From positions 39,122,001 through 39,186,000 of the forward strand of contig OZ024758.1 of the NCBI GenBank assembly GCA_964016885.1: a stretch of DNA of 64,000 nucleotides. The letters run 5' to 3'. Positions 54,301 to 64,000 of the stretch are shown here, in pieces. The stretch comes from Eledone cirrhosa (lineage: Eukaryota). Below the pieces are notes generated by a model that worked only from the letters and a program-made list of their open reading frames with translations, was not told where the DNA came from and did not search any database. The position numbers and the translations under genes were made by a program. Numbering within the stretch: the first letter of the stretch is position 1; every line of letters starts with the position of its first letter.

Positions 54301-57300
54301 CTAGTACCATGAACTTAAATGAATTCTCACCAACATTGGAGTTACTTCTGACAACTAATACCATGACTTAAATGAATTCTCACCAACAGTGGAGTTACTT
54401 CTGACAAACTAATACCATGAACTTAAATGAATTCTCACCAACAGTGGAGTTACTTCTGACAGCTAGTACCATGAACTTAAATGAATTCTCACCAAGAGTG
54501 GAGTTACTTCTGACAGCTAATACCATGAACTTAAATGAATTCTCACCAACAGTGGAGTTACTTCTGACAGCTAGTACCATGAACTTAAATGAATTCTCAC
54601 CAACATTGGAGTTACTTCTGACAGCTAGTACCATGAACATAAATGAATTCTCACCAACAGTGGAGTTACTTCTGACAGCTAGTACCATGAACTTAAATGA
54701 ATTCTCACCAACAGTGGAGTTACTTCTGACAGCTAGTACCATGAACTTAAATGAATTCTCACCAACAGTGGAGTTACTTCTGACAGCTAGTACCATGAAC
54801 TTAAATGAATTCTCACCAACAGTGGAGTTACTTCTGACAGCTAGTACCATGAACTTAAATGAATTCTCACCAACAGCGGAGTTACTTCTGACAGCTAGTA
54901 CCATGACTTAAATGAATTCTCACCAACAATGGAGTTACTACTGACAGCTAATACCATGACTTAAATGAATTCTCACCAACAGTGGAGTTACTTCTGACAG
55001 CTAATACCATGAACTTAAATGAATTTTCACCAACAGTCGAGTTACTTCTGACAGCTAGTACCATGAACTTAAATGAATTCTCACCAACAGTGGAGTTACT
55101 TCTGACAGCTAATACCATGAACTTAAATGAATTCTCACCAAGAGTGGAGTTACTTCTGACAGCTAATACCATGAACTTAAATGAATTCTCACCAACATTG
55201 GATTTACTTCTGACAGCTAGTACCATGAACTTAAATGAATTCTCACCAACAGTGGGGTTACTTCTGACAGCTAATACCATGAACTTAAATGAATTCTCAC
55301 CAACAGTGGCGTTCCTTCTGACAGCTAATACCATGAACTTAAATGAATTCTCACCAACAGTGGAGTTACTTCTGACAGCTAGTACCATGACTTAAATGAA
55401 TTCTCACCAACATTGGAGTTCCTTCTGACAGCTAATCCCATGAACTTAAATGAATTCTCACCAACAGTGGAGTGACTTCTGACAGCTAATACCATGAACT
55501 TAAATGAATTCTCACCAACATTGGAGTGACTTCTGACAGCTAATACCATGAACTTAAATGAATTCTCACCAACATTGGGGTTACTTCTGACAGCTAGTAC
55601 CATGAACTTAAATGAATTCTCACCAACAGTGGAGTTACTTCTGACAGCTAATACCATGAACTTAAATGAATTCTCACCAACAGTGGAGTTACTTCTGACA
55701 GCTAGTACCATGAACTTAAATGAATTCTCACCAACAGTGGAGTTACTTCTGACAGCTAATACCATGAACTTAAATGAATTCTCACCAACATTGGAGTTAC
55801 TTCTGACAGCTAGTACCATGAACCTAAATGAATTCTCACCAACAGTGGAGTTCCTTCTGACAGCTCATACCATGAACTTAAATGAATTCTCACCAACAGT
55901 GGAGTTACTTCTGACAGCTAGTACCATGACTTAAATGAATTCTCACCAACATTGGAGTTACTTCTGACAGCTAGTACCATGAACTTAAATGAATTCTCAC
56001 CAACAGTGGAGTTACTTCTGACAGCTAGTACCATGAACTTAAATGAATTCTCACCAACAATGGAGTTACTTCTGACAGCTAATACCATGACTTAAATGAA
56101 TTCTCACCAACAGTGGAGTTACTTCTGACAGCTAATACCATGAACTTAAATGAATTCTCACCAACAGTGGAGTTACTTCTGACAGCTAGTACCATGAACT
56201 TAAATGAATTCTCACCAACAGTGGAGTTACTTCTGACAGCTAATACCATGAACTTAAATGAATTCTCACCAACAGTGGAGTTACTTCTGACAGCTAATAC
56301 CATGAACTTAAATGAATTGTCACCAACAGTGGAGTTACTTCTGACAGCTAATACCATGAACTTAAATGAATTCTCACCAACAGTGGAGTTACTTCTGACA
56401 GCTAATACCATGAACTTAAATGAATTCTCACCAACATTGGAGTGACTTCTGACAGCTAATACCATGAACTTAAATGAATTCTCACCAACATTGGGGTTAC
56501 TTCTGACAGCTAGTACCATGAACTTAAATGAATTCTCACCAACAGTGGAGTTACTTCTGACAGCTAGTACCATGAACTTAAATGAATTCTCATCAACAGT
56601 GGAGTTACTTCTGACAGCTAATACCATGAACTTAAAGGAATTCTCACCAACAGTGGAGTTACTTCTGACAGCTAGTACCATGACTTAAATGAATTCTCAC
56701 CAACATTGGAGTTACTTCTGACAGCTAGTACCATGAACTTAAATGAATTCTCACCAACAGTGGAGTTACTTCTGACAGCTAATACCATGAACTTAAATGA
56801 ATTCTCACCAACAGTGGAGTTACTTCTGACAGCTAGTACCATGAACTTAAATGAATTCTCACCAACATTGGAGTTACTTATGACAGCTAGTACCATGAAC
56901 TTAAATGAATTCTCACCAACAGTGGAGTTACTTCTGACAGCTAGTACCATGAACTTAAATGAATTCTCACCAACAGTGGAGTTACTTCTGACAGCTAGTA
57001 CCATGAACTTAAATGAATTGTCACCAACAGTGGAGTTACTTCTGACAGCTAGTACCATGAACTTAAATGAATTCTCACCAACAGTGGAGTTACTTCTGAC
57101 AGCTAATACCATGAACTTAAATGAATTTTCACCAACAGTCGAGTTACTTCAGACAGCTAGTACCATGAACTTAAATGAATTCTCACCAACAGTGGAGTTA
57201 CTTCTGACAGCTAGTACCATGAACTTAAATGAATTCTCACCAACAGTGGAGTTACTTCTGACAGCTAGTACCATGAACTTAAATGAATTCTCACCAACAG

Positions 57301-60300
57301 TGGAGTTACTTCTGACAGCTAATACCATGAACTTAAATGAATTCTCACCAACAGTGGAGTTACTTCTGACAGCTAGTACCATGAACTTAAATGAATTCTC
57401 ACCAACAGTGGAGTTACTTCTGACAGCTAGTACCATGAACTTAAATGAATTCTCACCAACAGTGGAGTTACTTCTGACAGCTAATACCATGAACTTAAAT
57501 GAATTTTCACCAACAGTCGAGTTACTTCTGACAGCTAGTACCATGAACTTAAATGAATTCTCACCAACAGTGGAGTTACTTCTGACAGCTAGTACCATGA
57601 ACTTAAATGAATTCTCACCAACAGTGGAGTTACTTCTGACAGCTAGTACCATGAACTTAAATGAATTCTCACCAACAGTGGAGTTACTTCTGACAGCTAA
57701 TACCATGAACTTAAATGAATTCTCACCAACAGTGGAGTTACTTCTGACAGCTAATACCATGAACTTAAATGAATTCTCACCAACATTGGATTTACTTCTG
57801 ACAGCTAGTACCATGAACTTAAATGAATTCTCACCAACAGTGGAGTTACTTCTGACAGCTAATACCATGAACTTAAATGAATTCTCACCAACAGTGGCGT
57901 TCCTTCTGACAGCTAATACCATGAATTTAAATGAATTCTCACCAACAGTGGAGTTACTTCTGACAGCTAGTACCATGACTTAAATGAATTCTCACCAACA
58001 TTGGAGTTCCTTCTGACAGCTAATACCATGAACTTAAATGAATTCTCACCAACAGTGGAGTTACTTCTGACAGCTAATACCATGAACTTAAATGAATTCT
58101 CACCAACATTGGAGTGACTTCTGACAGCTAATACCATGAACTTAAATGAATTCTAACCAACATTGGGGTTACTTCTGACAGCTAGTACCATGAACTTAAA
58201 TGAATTCTCACCAACAGTGGAGTGACATCTGACAGCTAATACCATGAACTTAAATGAATTCTCACCAACATTGGAGTGACTTCTGACAGCTAATACCATG
58301 AACTTAAATGAATTCTCACCAACATTGGGGTTACTTCTGACAGCTAGTACCATGAACTTAAATGAATTCTCACCAACAGTGGAGTTACTTCTGACAGCTA
58401 ATACCATGAACTTAAATGAATTCTCACCAACAGTGGAGTTACTTCTGACAGCTAGTACCATGAACTTAAATGAATTCTCACCAACAGTGGAGTTACTTCT
58501 GACAGCTAATACCATGAACTTAAATGAATTCTCACCAACAGTGGAGTTACTTCTGACAGCTAATACCATGAACTTAAATGAATTCTCACCAACATTGGAA
58601 TTACTTCTGACAGCTAGTACCATGAACTTAAATGAATTCTCACCAACAGTGGAGTTACTTCTGACAGCTAATACCATGAACTTAAATGAATTCTCACCAA
58701 CAGTGGAGTTACTTCTGACAGCTAATACCATGAACTTAAATGAATTGTCACCAACAGTGGAGTTACTTCTGACAGCTAATACCATGAACTTAAATGAATT
58801 CTCACCAACAGTGGAGTTACTTCTGACAGCTAATACCATGAACTTAAATGAATTCTCACCAACATTGGAGTGACTTCTGACAGCTAATAGCATGAACTTA
58901 AATGAATTCTCACCAACATTGGGGTTACTTCTGACAGCTAGTACCATGAACTTAAATGAATTCTCACCAACAGTGGAGTTACTTCTGACAGCTAGTACCA
59001 TGAACTTAAATGAATTCTCACCAACAGTGGAGTTACTTCTGACAGCTAATACCATGAACTTAAAGGAATTCTCACCAACAGTGGAGTTACTTCTGACAGC
59101 TAGTACCATGACTTAAATGAATTCTCACCAACATTGGAGTTACTTCTGACAGCTAGTACCATGAACTTAAATGAATTCTCACCAACATTGGAGTTACTTC
59201 TGACAACTAATACCATGACTTAAATGAATTCTCACCAACAGTGGAGTTACTTCTGACAAACTAATACCATGAACTTAAATGAATTCTCACCAACAGTGGA
59301 GTTACTTCTGACAGCTAGTACCATGAACTTAAATGAATTCTCACCAACAGTGGAGTTACTTCTGACAGCTAATACCATGAACTTAAATGAATTCTCACCA
59401 ACAGTGGAGTTACTTCTGACAGCTAGTACCATGAACTTAAATGAATTCTCACCAACATTGGAGTTACTTATGACAGCTAGTACCATGAACTTAAATGAAT
59501 TCTCACCAACAGTGGAGTTACTTCTGACAGCTAGTACCATGAACTTAAATGAATTCTCACCAACAGTGGAGTTACTTCTGACAGCTAGTACCATGAACTT
59601 AAATGAATTCTCACCAACAGTGGAGTTACTTCTGACAGCTAGTACCATGAAGTTAAATGAATTCTCACCAACAGTGGAGTTACTTCTGACAGCTAGTACC
59701 ATGAACTTAAATGAATTCTCACCAACAGTGGAGTTACTTCTGACAGCTAATACCATGAACTTAAATGAATTTTCACCAACAGTCGAGTTACTTCTGACAG
59801 CTAGTACCATGAACTTAAATGAATTCTCACCAACAGTGGAGTTACTTCTGACAGCTAATACCATGAACTTAAATGAAGTCTCACCAACAGTGGAGTTACT
59901 TCTGACAGCTAATACCATGAACTTAAATGAATTCTCACCAACATTGGGGTTACTTCTGACAGCTAGTACCATGAACTTAAATGAATTCTCACCAACAGTG
60001 GAGTTACTTCTGACAGCTAATACCATGAACTTAAATGAATTCTCACCAACAGTGGAGTTACTTCTGACAGCTAGTACCATGAACTTAAATGAATTCTCAC
60101 CAACAGTGGAGTTACTTCTGACAGCTAATACCATGAACTTAAATGAATTCTCACCAACAGTGGAGTTACTTCTGACAGCTAATACCATGAACTTAAATGA
60201 ATTCTCACCAACATTGGAATTACTTCTGACAGCTAGTACCATGAACCTAAATGAATTCTCACCAACAGTAGAGTTACTTCTGACAGCTAATACCATGAAC

Positions 60301-63300
60301 TTAAATGAATTCTCACCAACAGTGGAGTTCCTTCTGACAGCTAATACCATGAACTTAAATGAATTCTCACCAACAGTGGAGTTACTTCTGACAGCTAGTA
60401 CCATGACCTAAATGAATTCTCACCAACATTGGAGTTACTTCTGACAGCTAGTACCATGAACTTAAATGAATTCTCACCAACAGTGGAGTTACTTCTGACA
60501 GCTAGTACCATGAACTTAAATGAATTCTCACCAACAATGGAGTTACTTCTGACAGCTAATACCATGACTTAAATGAATTCTCACCAACAGTGGAGTTACT
60601 TCTGACAGCTAATACCATGAACTTAAATGAATTCTCACCAACAGTGGAGTTACTTCTGACAGCTAGTACCATGAACTTAAATGAATTCTCACCAACAGTG
60701 GAGTTACTTCTGACAGCTAATACCATGAACTTAAATGAATTCTCACCAACAGTGGAGTTACTTCTGACAGCTAGTACCATGAACTTAAATGAATTCTCAC
60801 CAACATTGGAGTTACTTATGACAGCTAGTACCATGAACTTAAATGAATTCTCACCAACAGTGGAGTTACTTCTGACAGCTAGTACCATGAACTTAAATGA
60901 ATTCTCACCAACAGTGGAGTTACTTCTGACAGCTAGTACCATGAACTTAAATGAATTCTCACCAACAGTGGAGTTACTTCTGACAGCTAGTACCATGAAC
61001 TTAAATGAATTCTCACCAACAGTGGAGTTACTTCTGACAGCTAGTACCATGAACTTAAATGAATTCTCACCAACAGTGGAGTTACTTCTGACAGCTAATA
61101 CCATGAACTTAAATGAATTTTCACCAACAGTCGAGTTACTTCTGACAGCTAGTACCATGAACTTAAATGAATTCTCACCAACAGTGGAGTTACTTCTGAC
61201 AGCTAATACCATGAACTTAAATGAATTCTCACCAACAGTGGAGTTACTTCTGACAGCTAATACCATGAACTTAAATGAATTCTCACCAACATTGGATTTA
61301 CTTCTGACAGCTAGTACCATGAACTTAAATGAATTCTCACCAACAGTGGAGTTACTTCTGACAGCTAATACCATGAGCTTAAATGAATTCTCACCAACAG
61401 TGGCGTTCCTTCTGACAGCTAATACCATGAACTTATATGAATTCTCACCAACAGTGGAGTTACTTCTGACAGCTAGTACCATGACTTAAATGAATTCTCA
61501 CCAACATTGGAGTTCCTTCTGACAGCTAATACCATGAACTTAAATGAATTCTCACCAACAGTGGAGTTACTTCTGACAGCTAATACCATGAACTTAAATG
61601 AATTCTCACCAACATTGGAGTGACTTCTGACAGCTAATACCATGAACTTAAATGAATTCTCACCAACATTGGGGTTACTTCTGACAGCTAGTACCATGAA
61701 CTTAAATGAATTCTCACCAACAGTGGAGTGACATCTGACAGCTAATACCATGAACTTAAATGATTCTCACCAACATTGGAGTGACTTCTGACAGCTAATA
61801 CCATGAACTTAAATGAATTCTCACCAACATTGGGGTTACTTCTGACAGCTAGTACCATGAACTTAAATGAATTCTCACCAACAGTGGAGTTACTTCTGAC
61901 AGCTAATACCATGAACTTAAATGAATTCTCACCAACAGTGGAGTTACTTCTGACAGCTAGTACCATGAACTTAAATGAATTCTCACCAACAGTGGAGTTA
62001 CTTCTGACAGCTAATACCATGAACTTAAATGAATTCTCACCAACAGTGGAGTTACTTCTGACAGCTAATACCATGAACTTAAATGAATTCTCACCAACAT
62101 TGGAGTTACTTCTGACAGCTAGTACCATGAACCTAAATGAATTCTCACCAACAGTGGAGTTACTTCTGACAGCTAATACCATGAACTTAAATGAATTCTC
62201 ACCAACAGTGGAGTTCCTTCTGACAGCTAATACCATGAACTTAAATGAATTCTCACCAACAGTGGAGTTACTTCTGACAGCTAGTACCATGACCTAAATG
62301 AATTCTCACCAACATTGGAGTTACTTCTGACAGCTAGTACCATGAACTTAAATGAATTCTCACCAACAGTGGAGTTACTTCTGACAGCTAGTACCATGAA
62401 CTTAAATGAATTCTCACCAACAATGGAGTTACTTCTGACAGCTAATACCATGACTTAAATGAATTCTCACCAACAGTGGAGTTACTTCTGACAGCTAATA
62501 CCATGAACTTAAATGAATTCTCACCAACAGTGGAGTTACTTCTGACAGCTAGTACCATGAACTTAAATGAATTCTCACCAACAGTGGAGTTACTTCTGAC
62601 AGCTAATACCATGAACTTAAATGAATTCTCACCAACAGTGGAGTTACTTCTGACAGCTAATACCATGAACTTAAATGAATTGTCACCAACAGTGGAGTTA
62701 CTTCTGACAGCTAATACCATGAACTTAAATGAATTCTCACCAACAGTGGAGTTACTTCTGACAGCTAATACCATGAACTTAAATGAATTCTCACCAACAT
62801 TGGAGTGACTTCTGACAGCTAATACCATGAACTTAAATGAATTCTCACCAACATTGGGGTTACTTCTGACAGCTAGTACCATGAACTTAAATGAATTCTC
62901 ACCAACAGTGGAGTTACTTCTGACAGCTAGTACCATGAACTTAAATGAATTCTCACCAACAGTGGAGTTACTTCTGACAGCTAATACCATGAACTTAAAG
63001 GAATTCTCACCAACAGTGGAGTTACTTCTGACAGCTAGTACCATGACTTAAATGAATTCTCACCAACATTGGAGTTACTTCTGACAGCTAGTACCATGAA
63101 CTTAAATGAATTCTCACCAACATTGGAGTTACTTCTGACAACTAATACCATGACTTAAATGAATTCTCACCAACAGTGGAGTTACTTCTGACAAACTAAT
63201 ACCATGAACTTAAATGAATTCTCACCAACAGTGGAGTTACTTCTGACAGCTAGTACCATGAACTTAAATGAATTCTCACCAACAGTGGAGTTACTTCTGA

Positions 63301-64000
63301 CAGCTAATACCATGAACTTAAATGAATTCTCACCAACAGTGGAGTTACTTCTGACAGCTAGTACCATGAACTTAAATGAATTCTCACCAACATTGGAGTT
63401 ACTTCTGACAGCTAGTACCATGAACTTAAATGAATTCTCACCAACAGTGGAGTTACTTCTGACAGCTAGTACCATGAACTTAAATGAATTCTCACCAACA
63501 GTGGAGTTACTTCTGTCAGCTAGTACCATGAACTTAAATGAATTCTCACCAACAGTGGAGTTACTTCTGACAGCTAGAACCATGAACTTAAATGAATTCT
63601 CACCAACAGTGGAGTTACTTCTGACAGCTAGTACCATGACTTAAATGAATTCTCACAAACAATGGAGTTACTACTGACAGCTAATACCATGACTTAAATG
63701 AATTCTCACCAACAGTGGAGTTACTTCTGACAGCTAATACCATGAACTTAAATGAATTCTCACCAACAGTGGAGTTACTTCTGACAGCTAGTACCATGAA
63801 CTTAAATGAATTCTCACCAACAGTGGAGTTACTTCTGACAGCTAATACCATGAACTTAAATGAATTCTCACCAACAGTGGAGTTACTTCTGACAGCTAAT
63901 ACCATGAACTTAAATGAATTCTCACCAACATTGGATTTACTTCTGACAGCTAGTACCATGAACTTAAATGAATTCTCACCAACAGTGGAGTTACTTCTGA
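51285..64000 (-). repeat. Degenerate, length-variable higher-order repeat (about 2.6-3.7 kb per unit)
   Basis: TTGGATTT marker at 51540, 55203, 57791, 61297 and 63936 (spacings 3663, 2588, 3506, 2639); the first four are preceded by TTTTCACCAACAGTCGAG and followed by GGCGTTCC. Confidence 0.75.
52750..54540 (-). repeat. Local duplication with 1024-bp period (19 monomers)
   Basis: AATTGTCACC (52871/53895), AAAGGAAT (53189/54213) and ACCAAGAGT (53472/54496) all recur at 1024 = 19x54-2. Confidence 0.88.

Larger units (their letters stand above)
27985..64000 (-). repeat. 54-bp tandem satellite array, right arm, inverted relative to the left arm (about 667 monomers)
   Basis: The + strand reads GAACTTAAATGAATTCTCACCAACAGTGGAGTTACTTCTGACAGCTAATACCAT, the exact reverse complement of the left-arm consensus, to the end of the window. 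Confidence 0.99.

Noticed and set aside
1-55768. Giant palindrome or fold-back element centred on the gap
   Set aside because: The arms are inverted only at monomer level; variant order is not mirrored, and the centre is an unsized gap.
168-63959. ORFs up to 506 aa of repeated MVLAVRSNSTVGENSFKF and the antisense MNLNEFSPTVELLLTANT
   Set aside because: 54 is a multiple of 3 and one frame per strand lacks stops, so ORFs are automatic. They end at recurrent frameshifts, point stops occur (about 55866, 57150, 58155), most common variants are non-synonymous, and there are no unique termini or flanking gene features.
1-64000. CRISPR-like array (constant part plus variable segment at positions 21-29)
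   Set aside because: There are no unique spacers; the variable segment has only a few point alleles reused hundreds of times, and there is no leader or cas gene.
1-64000. Diversity-generating or antigenic-variation cassette system, or programmed frameshifting
   Set aside because: No reverse transcriptase, recombinase, expression locus or adenine-specific variation is present; variant order is explained by duplication and descent.
1-64000. tRNA, 5S rRNA, spliced-leader or telomeric tandem array; CENP-B box
   Set aside because: The monomer shows no cloverleaf, recognisable RNA gene sequence or G-rich telomeric motif, and the CENP-B box needs two CpGs that the consensus lacks.
1-64000. Synthetic concatemer of EcoRI fragments
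   Set aside because: Ligation would give random orientation; uniform polarity, hierarchical shared variants and monomers with mutated EcoRI sites indicate a naturally evolved array.

Overview
The whole window is one tandem satellite DNA family with a 54-bp monomer (consensus ATGGTATTAGCTGTCAGAAGTAACTCCACTGTTGGTGAGAATTCATTTAAGTTC; 20/54 GC, no CpG, one EcoRI and one AluI site per unit), about 1,180 copies. A 200-N scaffold gap (27785-27984) splits it into two arms in opposite, convergent orientation: about 515 monomers on + to the left and about 667 on - to the right. I see no genes, RNA genes, CRISPR array, transposon or unique sequence; every ORF in the track is a translation of the monomer. 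The information lies in the order of monomer variants, which reveals layered higher-order repeats (42-, 30-, 67/68-, 32-, 44- and 19-mers), recombinant HOR copies, a cassette shared by both arms, and a variant-depleted 15-kb zone beside the gap that may be biological or a consensus artefact. This looks like eukaryotic (peri)centromeric or heterochromatic satellite from a scaffolded assembly. I cannot name the organism or family, and I found no support for a novel coding or defence system. Offsets were read by eye from marker variants and the ORF track, so block boundaries are approximate to about one monomer.
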